Shown one piece after another: positions 18,337 through 27,395 of a stretch of DNA of 47,863 nt. The first letter of the stretch is position 1. Each line of letters opens with the position of its first letter. Origin of the DNA: Candidatus Woesearchaeota archaeon (GTDB taxonomy: Archaea; Nanobdellota; Nanobdellia; Woesearchaeales; WJKL01); NCBI GenBank assembly GCA_019322535.1, contig JAHWIM010000006.1, positions 1-47,863 on the forward strand, written 5' to 3'. The translations under genes were made by a program, and so were the position numbers. The notes beneath the pieces were generated by a model. It did no database searches, was not told where the DNA came from, and saw only the letters and a program-made list of their open reading frames with translations.

Positions 18337-19911
18337 ATGGCAAAGAAAGAAACTAAAGCAATGCACTGGGCTGATCAGGCAGCAGAACAGATTATCAAGA
18401 AAAAAGATAAAAAAGAATATGTTGTAGCTACTGGTGTAACTCCTTCTGGAACTTTGCACATTGGTAATTTTAGAGAATTGATTACAGGAGATATTATTAA
18501 AAGAGCATTAATTGATGCAGGCAAAAAAGCAGTTCATTATCATTACTGGGATGATTATGATGTTTTTAGAAAAGTTCCTGCAAATATGCCAAAACCAGAG
18601 ATTCTAAAAAAGTATCTAAGACAGGCTCTGATTTATGTTCCTGATGTTATTGATAATAAACATAAAAATTATGCATATCATAATGAAAAAGAAATTGAAG
18701 AACTACTTCCTATTGTAGATGTCAAACCAACAATATTAAGGCATGCTGAAAGATACATGAATTGTGAATATGCAAAAGAAATGAAAATTGCATTAGAGAA
18801 CACTGATAAAATTAAAGAAATTTTTAACAAATATAGAAAAGAAGAATTAGAAGAAAGCTGGCTTCCAATTTCTGTTTATTGTGAAAAATGCCATTTAGAA
18901 GCTGAAAAAATAAAGTATGAAGGAATGTGTGATGTTTCTTATGAATGCAGCTGCGGAGACAATCAAACATTTGATATTAGTAAAAAAGGATTGGCAAAAT
19001 TAAAATGGAGGGTTCAATGGCCTGCATGGTGGAATAATAAAGATGTTGATTTTGAATCAGCAGGAAAAGATCATTTTGCTGCTGGCAGCGGCATTGATAC
19101 AGGAAGAGAAGTGCAGAGAAAGATTTACAAAACAGAGCCGCCAATTGGTTTTGGTTTTGGATGGATCGGTGTAAAAGGAGGAAAACAATTTTCAAGCTCT
19201 GCTGGTGTTATTTTTACATTAAAAGATGTTTTAGACGTTTATGAGCCAGCAATTGTTAGATATATATTTGCCAGCTCAAGACCTTCATATGAATTTGCAA
19301 TTTCGTTTGACTTAGATGTTTTAAAAGTGTATGAGGATTTTGATAAATGTGAAAGGATTTATCATATGCAGGAAGAAGTAGATGAAAAAGAATTTGAAAA
19401 ACAGAAAAGGATTTATGAATTATCATATATTGGTAAACCTCCTAAAGATATTCCTTTTCAACCAGTATTTAGGCATTTAACAAACGTGCTGCAGACATTT
19501 GAAAAGGATTTAAATAAAACAACTGAATTTTTTAAGAATGAATTAAAAACTTCTGATGATAAGAAAAGATTTGAAACAAGATTGAAATGTGTTTTGAACT
19601 GGCTTGAGCATTATGCTCCTGATGATTTTAAGTTTACTGTGCAAAAACAAGTTCATTCTGGTATTGAATTAAGTGATGAACAAAAACAGGCCTTGCATAA
19701 AGTTGCTGAATTATTGAAAAAAGATTTTAAAAATGATACAGAACTGCATGAAGCAATGTATAAGATAAGCCAGGATGTTGGCTTAAACGCAAAAGATTTC
19801 TTTAAAGGAGCTTATCTTGTTCTTGTTAACAAAGAAAAAGGCCCAAGATTAGCTAGTTTTATCCTAACAATAGGTAAGGATAAAGTTAGTAAATTATTTG
19901 CAAATGTTTAG
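18337..19911 (+). CDS. lysK: Lysyl-tRNA synthetase, class I
   Basis: 524 aa with HWADQ, PSGTLHIGNFRE (HIGH) and a KMSKS-like GGKQFSSSAG. The length and order are typical of archaeal class I LysRS. Confidence 0.9.
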   Translation: MAKKETKAMHWADQAAEQIIKKKDKKEYVVATGVTPSGTLHIGNFRELITGDIIKRALIDAGKKAVHYHYWDDYDVFRKVPANMPKPEILKKYLRQALIYVPDVIDNKHKNYAYHNEKEIEELLPIVDVKPTILRHAERYMNCEYAKEMKIALENTDKIKEIFNKYRKEELEESWLPISVYCEKCHLEAEKIKYEGMCDVSYECSCGDNQTFDISKKGLAKLKWRVQWPAWWNNKDVDFESAGKDHFAAGSGIDTGREVQRKIYKTEPPIGFGFGWIGVKGGKQFSSSAGVIFTLKDVLDVYEPAIVRYIFASSRPSYEFAISFDLDVLKVYEDFDKCERIYHMQEEVDEKEFEKQKRIYELSYIGKPPKDIPFQPVFRHLTNVLQTFEKDLNKTTEFFKNELKTSDDKKRFETRLKCVLNWLEHYAPDDFKFTVQKQVHSGIELSDEQKQALHKVAELLKKDFKNDTELHEAMYKISQDVGLNAKDFFKGAYLVLVNKEKGPRLASFILTIGKDKVSKLFANV

Positions 19912-19975
19912 AAATCCAGCTTCTCAGGCTTTAAAACGTTAGAATTTAAGATTTTTAAACCATTTTCGCAAGCAA

Positions 19976-20022
19976 TGAAAAACAAGTTTTTCAAGGTCTC
20001 GAAAACGTAAAAAACGTTTTCG
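19976..20022 (+). terminator. Two tandem hairpins downstream of lysK
   Basis: TGAAAAAC-aa-GTTTTTCA (19976..19993) is followed by aggtct, then CGAAAACG-taaaaaa-CGTTTTCG (20000..20022). The next promoter follows directly. Confidence 0.5.
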
Positions 20023-20027
20023 CAACC

Positions 20028-20035
20028 TTTATATA
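20028..20035 (+). promoter_or_regulatory. TATA box for the protease-rimK operon
   Basis: TTTATATA lies 24 nt upstream of the ATG at 20060. Confidence 0.5.
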
Positions 20036-20059
20036 TCTTCATTTGTTAGGATTTTTCTT

Positions 20060-20407
20060 ATGGTAAAGGGAAAGATAGTTGTAGGGTTAACTGAAAACGT
20101 AACAATTATAGGACCTAAAGGAAAGAGAAAAAGAATTACATCTAGAATAGACACTGGTGCAACTAAAAGCAGTGTTGATGCTAAACTAGCTGCTGAATTA
20201 TCATTAGGACCAATCATAAAAACAAAGCTAATCAAGTCTGCTTCAGGAAACAAGATGAGGCCTGTATTAAAAGCAGAGATTAAGATTGCTAAAAAAGATC
20301 TAAAAGAGGAATTTACTGTTGCTGACAGAAGCCATTTAAGATACAAAGTTTTGGTTGGACAAAACATACTCAAAAAAGGATTCCTTATAGACCCGAGTAA
20401 AAAATGA
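20060..20407 (+). CDS. Retropepsin-like aspartic protease, RimK-associated (the family historically named putative ATP-dependent zinc protease)
   Basis: 115 aa with RIDTGATKSSVD (DTGA active site) and DRSHLRYKVLVGQNIL. It overlaps rimK by ATGA. Confidence 0.75.
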   Translation: MVKGKIVVGLTENVTIIGPKGKRKRITSRIDTGATKSSVDAKLAAELSLGPIIKTKLIKSASGNKMRPVLKAEIKIAKKDLKEEFTVADRSHLRYKVLVGQNILKKGFLIDPSKK

Positions 20408-21492
20408 CAATAAAAGCTGCTGTTATAAGTTTAGGAAGTACGAGCTCAAAATGGACAATCAGAGCTCTAAAAAAGTACATCAGAATAGTTGATGATATAA
20501 ATATTAAAGATGTTGAAGTTAATTTGAGTTCTCAAAAACTAGAAGTATTGTATAAAGGAAAACCATTGGAGGATTATGATTGTGTTTTTGCAAAAGGAAG
20601 TTTTAGATATGCTACTTTATTAAGGGCTATTAGTTTGATTGCATCCCAAAAATCTTATGTTCCTGTTAAACCTTCTGCTTTTACTGTTGCTCATGATAAA
20701 TTACTAACACAATTTAGACTGCAACAGCACGGAATTCCTATGCCTGTTACATACTTATCAGCAACTCCAGAAGCAGCTAAGAAAATTCTTGAAAGAGTGC
20801 ATTATCCAATAATCATGAAATTTCCTAAAGGAACTCAAGGAAAAGGGGTTATGTTTGCAGACAGTTTTGCTTCTGCAAATAGCATGTTAGATGCTTTAAC
20901 TGCCTTAAAGCAGCCTTTTTTGATTCAAGAATATGTTGAAACAGGCGGCACTGACATAAGAGCAATAGTTGTTGGAGATAAAGTTGTCGCTGCTATGAGA
21001 AGATCAGCTGAAATAGGTGAGAAAAGGGCAAATATTCATGCAGGCGGCAAAGGAGAAGCAATAAGTCTTGATGTGAAAACTAGAAGACTTGCTGTTATGG
21101 CTGCTGAAGCAATTGGTGCAGATATCTGCGCTGTTGATATTTTAGAAAGTGCTAAAGGTCCTGTTGTTATAGAAGTTAATATTTCTCCTGGTTTGCAAGG
21201 CATTACAGCAACAACAAAGATAGATGTTGCTGACAAGATTGCCAGGTTCTTGTATAAAAAGACAAAAGAGATTGCTGAATCAAAGAAAAAATTAACTACA
21301 ACAGAAATAATGAAAGAGGTTACTCCTGGCAAAGATATTTTAACTCATTTGGACTTAAGAGGAGAACGAATTCTCTTGCCTGATTATGTGACAAAAGAAA
21401 CTAAGTTTTCTGAAAAAGATGAAGTTTTACTCAAAGTTAAAGAAGGCAAGCTTGTTATTGAAAAATTTGAAGTTGGCAAAGAAAAGAAGTGA
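20404..21492 (+). CDS. rimK: RimK-type ATP-grasp alpha-L-glutamate ligase with a C-terminal extension
   Basis: 362 aa with DKLLTQFRL, IIMKFPKGTQGKGV, LIQEYVE, DIRAIVVGDKV, ANIHAGG and AVDILESAKGPVVIEVNISPGLQGI. The last roughly 65 aa (ILLPDYVTKETKFSEKDEVLLKVKEGKLVIEK) look AbrB/SpoVT-like. Confidence 0.85.
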   Translation: MTIKAAVISLGSTSSKWTIRALKKYIRIVDDINIKDVEVNLSSQKLEVLYKGKPLEDYDCVFAKGSFRYATLLRAISLIASQKSYVPVKPSAFTVAHDKLLTQFRLQQHGIPMPVTYLSATPEAAKKILERVHYPIIMKFPKGTQGKGVMFADSFASANSMLDALTALKQPFLIQEYVETGGTDIRAIVVGDKVVAAMRRSAEIGEKRANIHAGGKGEAISLDVKTRRLAVMAAEAIGADICAVDILESAKGPVVIEVNISPGLQGITATTKIDVADKIARFLYKKTKEIAESKKKLTTTEIMKEVTPGKDILTHLDLRGERILLPDYVTKETKFSEKDEVLLKVKEGKLVIEKFEVGKEKK

Positions 21493-21633
21493 TTTTTTTA
21501 TTAATAACTATTAGTTACTCCATAGTAATACAAAAAGCGATAGCTTTATAAATGATTGAATTTTTTTTTGACATAGGTTAGGCCTAAAATATTTTCGGAA
21601 AATTAATTCAACTAGATGTCGTAATCTAATAAA

Positions 21634-24600
21634 ATGGCAGATGATAAAAGATTAGAAGAGATAGCAGATTCTAATAATCCAATACCTAAAAGAATTCTTA
21701 TTGCAGATGATGACAACAGTATGTTGAGACTTATGGTAGATATTTTCCAGGATGAAGATTATATAATACAGACAGCAAAGAAAGGTGAAGGGGTTTTGAA
21801 GGCGCTTGAAGAAGAAGAGTTTGATTTTGTTGTAACTGACCTTATAATGCCTGACAAGAGCGGAGAACAGTTAATAAGGGCTATAAAAAAAACAGGAAGT
21901 CCGCGGCCTGTGGTTGTTGTATCTGGACATGGAACTATTCAAGAAATTGAAAGAATAAAAAGAATTGGTGTTTATGATTTTCTTCCTAAACCATTTAACG
22001 TGGAAAATTTAAGGGAAATTGTAAGAAGAGGTGTTACAGAGATTGATGAGATTGCTTCAAGGTTAGCATGGTATAGTAATTTAGATAAGCCAGAAGGATA
22101 TACACCAGAATTAAATGAAGAATTAGAATACAGAAGAAACGCCAGAGGCATAGTTGCAAAAGGCGAGAAAGTTTTATTGGTTGCAAATACTGAACAAGAA
22201 AGAGATAATTTAGACAATCTGCTTTTAGATCTAGGGTATTGTGTTGATAGAACACTTGACTGTGGAAAAGCTTTGACTATGATCGAACAAACTCAGTTTG
22301 ATGTTGTTCTGACAGACATGACTTTAAGCGGAGGACATGGTATATCAGTCGTTGACCGGGCTGGAACTACCAGCAGGGCTAGAAAAAAGAGAACTAAAGT
22401 AGTTGTGTTGAGTGAGTATTCTGACAGAGAAAACCAGTTAAAAACATTAAAATCTGTTCTTTTGGGTGCAAGTGATGTTATTACAAAACCCAGGGATATT
22501 GCTGACTTAGATCAAAGAGTAATCAAATCTTCTGTCTGGAGAGCATTAAGATTGGCTAAAGGCTCTAAATCATTAAGAAAGAATAAGGTGCTTGTTGTTG
22601 GTTCAGATTATGAAGATTTAGTTAAAAGTTTAGAAAAACAAAAATATAAAGTTGATGTGGTTTCTGGCGAAGAAGATGTTGATGAAGTAAAAAAGTTGGA
22701 CGGCTATCATGTGGTTCTTTTGAATGAGAGATTTGGTTTAGATATGTTAGGTAAAATAAAACAAACTGATCCAAAAATAAAAGCATTAGTGCTTGCGTCA
22801 AAGCATTTAACTCCTGAAGAAGCTGTTTCGTCTATGGTTTATGGTATTGATGATGTAGTCTATCAATCTGATGTAGAAACTATGGCTGCTGCTGTTGAAA
22901 ATAGCGTTATGACAAGCCCTCTACAAAAAAAAGCATATGACTCTATAAATGCATTTGTAAAAAAACATTTAGAACTTGCAGAAAACCCATTAGAGCGTTT
23001 TGCTGAATTGTGCAGTACTGGAAGCTTAGAAGATAGGGCACTAGCTTGTTGCGCTAGAAGTTTACTTCATTTTAGGCTTGGTGACTTAGAGAGTATTAGA
23101 GAGGCTATCAATTGTCTACATAATGCTAAAAAATTAAATCCTGAATCAAACATGCCTTTTGTTTTATATACAAATTTTGTATCCAAATTACCTGCTGAGA
23201 CAGTAAGTATGTTGACAAAGAATTTAGACGATTCTTTAAGACAGCTTGAAATTAAGCCTTATTATTTCATGCGGATGAGGGATTCTCTGTTAGATGAACA
23301 AAAAAGACGTGCTGAAGAAGAAGGCTATGTTACACCAACTCAGCCTACAAGAAGCAAGATAATGAAATTTCATTCACATGATTATTGGTTCTATATGAAG
23401 TCTGCACCACTTGAATCTATGATATCATATAGGAATAACATAAATTTTTTCCAAAGGATTAATAGAAGGTATGAGGATTGGCGTTCACTTTTTGGATTTG
23501 TTTCAAGCAAAAACTATAAAACCCCTGTAGCAGGATTCAAAGCAGTTATAACAGATGCTAAAGAACCTTTTATTCTTGAAGCAGAGGATGGAAATGCTCC
23601 TGTAGAACCAGAGGTTTTTAATCAGCTTGAACAAAGCAAAAAAGATAGAGCAAGATTAAGTGCTTTGCTTTCTGCGTGTGTCCGCCATGCAGCATATACC
23701 TGCGCTAATGGGCCTATAGCTCTTGCAAAAAATCATGTTGATAACCTAGAAGAATTTTGGGAAGAGAGACTAGGAACAAGAGTTGTAGAGCCGATAAAGG
23801 CTTTATTGAAAAGAAAAGAAATTTCATTAGATGAGAAATTAAAAGAAGAGGGCAGAAGCCTGGATCAAGAACTTGAAGAAATAGAAAAGGCCTTTCATGA
23901 ATCAACCCATAGATTAAGAAAAGCACTTGCAGCTCAAGAGCCAAAAGGTTATTATTCTGATTGGTGGACTTCAAATGCAGCTGTAAATAGTGCTGGTGAT
24001 GTTTATAAATATGGCTTTCTCAGAACAAGATCAGGTCTGCCTATTGTAGTTGATCTTGCAACTGTATTCCATTTTAGAGATTTTTTATCTTTCTTATCTG
24101 AAAATGAAGAAGAAAAAGTAGAAAGAGAAAAAGGTTATGTTAAACAATTCTTTAATGATTATTCTGAAGCTGTTAGTAGAGGAATTAACAAAATAGTGCA
24201 AGAATATGAAGCAAGCCCTAAGAAATTTATTATTCAAGAATTTGAAAAAGACGCAAGCGAAATTAGAAAAACTGTTTTAGAATCTGAACAAACCCAAGAA
24301 AAAGAACCAGGAGAAGAAGAGATTTTTTTCAAAGGCGAACATCTAGTTGGCCTAAGATATGTTAGTTATTATCCTTCTGTAGATAAAATAGATGCTCTTA
24401 AAAAATATTTTGTGACAGAGGTAGCTGATAAATTACCTGTTGGCGAATATTTTACTGCACTGAAAGAATACGCCAAAGACAAAGGAGATGATGTCGTGGA
24501 GTATGTTTGTGAGGTTGAAAGGTTTGCAACAAATCTAAAACCAAAAAAACCTCTCAAGGTAACAGATGAAATATTAAGTCATAAATTAATACCTGCTTAT

Positions 24601-24903
24601 TATAATGCATTATGCAATAGGGGAATGTTAATGGGAGGCACTCTTTCTCAGTTTACATCAGAGAAATTAGACAAAGGTGATTTGAATGGTGCTGGAATTG
24701 GTGGTAAATTAAATGATATAAGTCTTTCTTTCCAAAACGCTCTTAGAGGTATTAGAACTTATCATAAATTACTGTCTGAAAATCCAGAGTATATCCCAGA
24801 AGAAGGTGAATTTGAAAACTATCAAAGATTAGAAGGGGCATTAGATAAATTATGCGGGTTATTTAAAACAGCTAAAGAGAAGGGGCAAAATGAAAAAAGC
24901 TGA
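21634..24903 (+). CDS. Triple receiver-domain protein with a large uncharacterised C-terminal region
   Basis: 1089 aa. REC1 is intact (ILIADDDNS, VVTDLIMPD, VVSGHG, LPKPF). REC2 is partly degenerate (LLVANTEQE, VLTDM, ITKP). REC3 is a pseudo-receiver (VVLLNERF, no Lys). About 650 aa follow with no family I recognise. Confidence 0.7.
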   Translation: MADDKRLEEIADSNNPIPKRILIADDDNSMLRLMVDIFQDEDYIIQTAKKGEGVLKALEEEEFDFVVTDLIMPDKSGEQLIRAIKKTGSPRPVVVVSGHGTIQEIERIKRIGVYDFLPKPFNVENLREIVRRGVTEIDEIASRLAWYSNLDKPEGYTPELNEELEYRRNARGIVAKGEKVLLVANTEQERDNLDNLLLDLGYCVDRTLDCGKALTMIEQTQFDVVLTDMTLSGGHGISVVDRAGTTSRARKKRTKVVVLSEYSDRENQLKTLKSVLLGASDVITKPRDIADLDQRVIKSSVWRALRLAKGSKSLRKNKVLVVGSDYEDLVKSLEKQKYKVDVVSGEEDVDEVKKLDGYHVVLLNERFGLDMLGKIKQTDPKIKALVLASKHLTPEEAVSSMVYGIDDVVYQSDVETMAAAVENSVMTSPLQKKAYDSINAFVKKHLELAENPLERFAELCSTGSLEDRALACCARSLLHFRLGDLESIREAINCLHNAKKLNPESNMPFVLYTNFVSKLPAETVSMLTKNLDDSLRQLEIKPYYFMRMRDSLLDEQKRRAEEEGYVTPTQPTRSKIMKFHSHDYWFYMKSAPLESMISYRNNINFFQRINRRYEDWRSLFGFVSSKNYKTPVAGFKAVITDAKEPFILEAEDGNAPVEPEVFNQLEQSKKDRARLSALLSACVRHAAYTCANGPIALAKNHVDNLEEFWEERLGTRVVEPIKALLKRKEISLDEKLKEEGRSLDQELEEIEKAFHESTHRLRKALAAQEPKGYYSDWWTSNAAVNSAGDVYKYGFLRTRSGLPIVVDLATVFHFRDFLSFLSENEEEKVEREKGYVKQFFNDYSEAVSRGINKIVQEYEASPKKFIIQEFEKDASEIRKTVLESEQTQEKEPGEEEIFFKGEHLVGLRYVSYYPSVDKIDALKKYFVTEVADKLPVGEYFTALKEYAKDKGDDVVEYVCEVERFATNLKPKKPLKVTDEILSHKLIPAYYNALCNRGMLMGGTLSQFTSEKLDKGDLNGAGIGGKLNDISLSFQNALRGIRTYHKLLSENPEYIPEEGEFENYQRLEGALDKLCGLFKTAKEKGQNEKS

Positions 24904-26110
24904 TCTTCACGTCCATGGGTTTGTATGCGATGGAAGCTCTACACCAGATGAAATCGCCAAGATTGTTGTGCAAGACAGTAGTTTAAAACATATTGCTCCT
25001 ACTGGCCATAACACACATGCGTTAGCTATTCTTGTTGAAAAAGAATTAGATAAACTAGGGTGGGATGGAAATATCTACGTAGCTGCTGAACTAAACTGTG
25101 ACTTTAATTATTCTGTAGAAACGCCTGATATGAAGAAAAGAGCCTCTTTTTCTTCTCACTGGAATGTTTTCTTTTTGCCAAGAGAAGGGGAGTCAATTGA
25201 AGAGGTATACAGAAGAATAGCAGTTGATGTAAACCCTTTAGAAGGAGAATTAAACAAAACAGTTTTTGATAAATATACTTCTGAAGAACAAATAAAGCTG
25301 ATAAATGATAATTTTCCAGGCAGACCTAAAGATAGCTATGTAACAAGAAAAGATGTTGAAGAAATAAGCAGAAAAAAGAGAGATTTTATTTTAAGTTTTT
25401 TAGAAGGAATTAATTTAGATGCTGCCAGCTTGATTCCTCCTTTCACATTAACTGCATTTCCTGACACATGGATTAGAGTAATTTTAAACAAAGCCTGGAC
25501 AAGTGATCCAGAATTTGCAAAACAGCAGTTTAAAAGAGGAAGTGATGATGGAAGAGGAAGAGGAAGTTGTTATTCTGACAGCGCTGCTGCATATAAACCT
25601 GCTGAAGAAGTGCTTTCTTATCTTAAAGAACATAATGAACGCTTAGATCCTTATGTTGTTTCATGGGAGCATCCTGCTGTTTCAGCTTTGCTAATGATAG
25701 GAGATCATCTAAGAGGAATAAAAGAACCAGAAAACAGGGGAAGTGTATCTTTTCCTGAAGCTGAAGCTATAATGGATAAAATATTAAGATTTAAAGAACA
25801 AGGCATGATGAATGGATTAGGTGTTTTTTATTCAACTCACACTCCTGAAGTTATTTCAGGGCTAATGGAGCTTGTTTACTTGCTTAATGATAATGATCCT
25901 CAACATCCTCTTTATATGCTTGGCGGGTCAGACAACCATCATGGAACAGATGATAAAAAAAGATCTATTGGTATGGTCTGCACAGATTCTAGAATTGTTA
26001 TGCCATCTGACCTTGTTGTTGCTATGGAAAGAAAAGCGCCTTGGGTGCCTGGCAAAGGCTATGATATTGGAACAAAAATAGTTTCACCAAAAGAGCTAGT
26101 TGAGTTTTAA
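24890..26110 (+). CDS. PHP-domain metal-dependent phosphoesterase with large insertions
   Basis: 406 aa with ADLHVHGFVCDGSSTPDEIAK, IAPTGHNTH, AAELNC, WEHPA and GGSDNHHGTDD. The start overlaps the upstream gene by 14 nt and has GGGG 5 nt upstream. Confidence 0.65.
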   Translation: MKKADLHVHGFVCDGSSTPDEIAKIVVQDSSLKHIAPTGHNTHALAILVEKELDKLGWDGNIYVAAELNCDFNYSVETPDMKKRASFSSHWNVFFLPREGESIEEVYRRIAVDVNPLEGELNKTVFDKYTSEEQIKLINDNFPGRPKDSYVTRKDVEEISRKKRDFILSFLEGINLDAASLIPPFTLTAFPDTWIRVILNKAWTSDPEFAKQQFKRGSDDGRGRGSCYSDSAAAYKPAEEVLSYLKEHNERLDPYVVSWEHPAVSALLMIGDHLRGIKEPENRGSVSFPEAEAIMDKILRFKEQGMMNGLGVFYSTHTPEVISGLMELVYLLNDNDPQHPLYMLGGSDNHHGTDDKKRSIGMVCTDSRIVMPSDLVVAMERKAPWVPGKGYDIGTKIVSPKELVEF

Positions 26111-27042
26111 ACAACCATTCCAAGATAACATCCCAGCATGTTGAATACCATCTGCTGAATATTAATCAAATGGTGTATTAATCTAACTTCAAAACGATTT
26201 TCTGTTTTTCTTTCAAATAATACATTTGCTTCATGTATTATGCTTTTCCTTGCTTCTGCTAATTTTCTAATTTTGCCTTTGTCATACTTATAAAATAATT
26301 CATAAAATCTAACTATTGACTCTGTTACCTGTCTGAATAAATCTAATGCTTCTTTGCTGATCTTAACTTTTTTCACTTTTGCTTCATATAGGTATGTGCA
26401 CATATATTTTAGTTGATCTGCAACTTTTTCTAATTCCCATACTATATTATAAACAAAGGTTGTTTTTTTGTAGTTTTTGTATCCCTTTTTATTCAATATT
26501 CTCTCACAAAAATTACATAACCTGTTGTTTGTCTGCTCTAATGATAGAACGTCTGGTAAATTTTCTTTTTTGCCTTCCTTAAGAGTTTCTAATGTGGTTT
26601 TTGCCATAGAAACAGTTACTATAAATAATCTCCTAAGAACATTATTAAATTCTGTTCCAAGCTGGTGGCCTAAATCCTTAATAACACAGCGTTTTCCGCT
26701 TTGTTCCAGCAGCTCATAGCCAGGCAATAAATCAGTCATTTGTTTAGGAATATCTCTGATTAAATCTGGTGAATCAAATTTTAATTCAACTTCATCGTAT
26801 CCTGATTTATATACTGCAGCTAATGAACGGAAAAGGAATGGGTCTAATTCAGTAACATCTAATTCTGTTTTTTCTATGTTTTGTCCAAAATTAGTAGTTT
26901 TAGGAGAAAGCAGCAAATTTCCTTCTTTTTCTTCTAACCCTATTAAATCACCTTTTTGAAGCTTATTTTTTACAATCCAAGTTTTTGGAATTGACATTAC
27001 AAAAGAAGTTTTTCCAAATGAGATTAGTTTTCTGAATTCCAT
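26107..27042 (-). CDS. AbrB/SpoVT-domain plus PhoU-domain regulator (archaeal PhoU-like)
   Basis: 311 aa. The N-terminal swapped-hairpin motif is FGKTSFVMSIPKTWIVKNKLQKGDLIGLEEKEGNLLLSP, followed by helical PhoU-like repeats. GGGGTGG lies 5 nt upstream of the ATG. The 3' end overlaps the convergent PHP gene by 4 nt. Confidence 0.65.
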   Translation of the reverse strand: MEFRKLISFGKTSFVMSIPKTWIVKNKLQKGDLIGLEEKEGNLLLSPKTTNFGQNIEKTELDVTELDPFLFRSLAAVYKSGYDEVELKFDSPDLIRDIPKQMTDLLPGYELLEQSGKRCVIKDLGHQLGTEFNNVLRRLFIVTVSMAKTTLETLKEGKKENLPDVLSLEQTNNRLCNFCERILNKKGYKNYKKTTFVYNIVWELEKVADQLKYMCTYLYEAKVKKVKISKEALDLFRQVTESIVRFYELFYKYDKGKIRKLAEARKSIIHEANVLFERKTENRFEVRLIHHLINIQQMVFNMLGCYLGMVV

Positions 27043-27169
27043 TTTTCCACCCCATAAATTAATATATGTTAATGTAAGGATATATATGCTATATGGAAAA
27101 GGTATATATATTTAAATGTTTCTATAATTGTTACATATAGCTGGAGTTCCTTAAAAGGGGAGGTGGGGT

Positions 27170-27292
27170 ATGAAAAACATATTCTTAAACAGGAAAGAGG
27201 ATCCTGAAGACATATATGCTGAATTGCTTGACGCAGACGAAGTCGCTGACTGGGAAGAAGCTTTTATGAGAGGATATGAAGAAGCTGGTTAG
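27170..27292 (+). CDS. Micro-ORF (40 aa, acidic)
   Basis: Read by hand as MKNIFLNRKEDPEDIYAELLDADEVADWEEAFMRGYEEAG. GGGGAGGTGGGG ends 2 nt before the ATG. Below the ORF-track cutoff. Confidence 0.35.
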   Translation: MKNIFLNRKEDPEDIYAELLDADEVADWEEAFMRGYEEAG

Positions 27293-27300
27293 GTGGTAAT

Positions 27301-27393
27301 ATGAAATTAACAGAAAAGGAGATCAAAGAAATACTTAGTAAAAAGGATTTAACAGACTTGGAACTTGATTTAATTATGAATGACGAGGCTTGA
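27301..27393 (+). CDS. Micro-ORF (30 aa)
   Basis: MKLTEKEIKEILSKKDLTDLELDLIMNDEA. AGGTGG 5 nt upstream overlaps the previous stop, and the next ATG lies 2 nt after its stop. Confidence 0.3.
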   Translation: MKLTEKEIKEILSKKDLTDLELDLIMNDEA

Positions 27394-27395
27394 AA

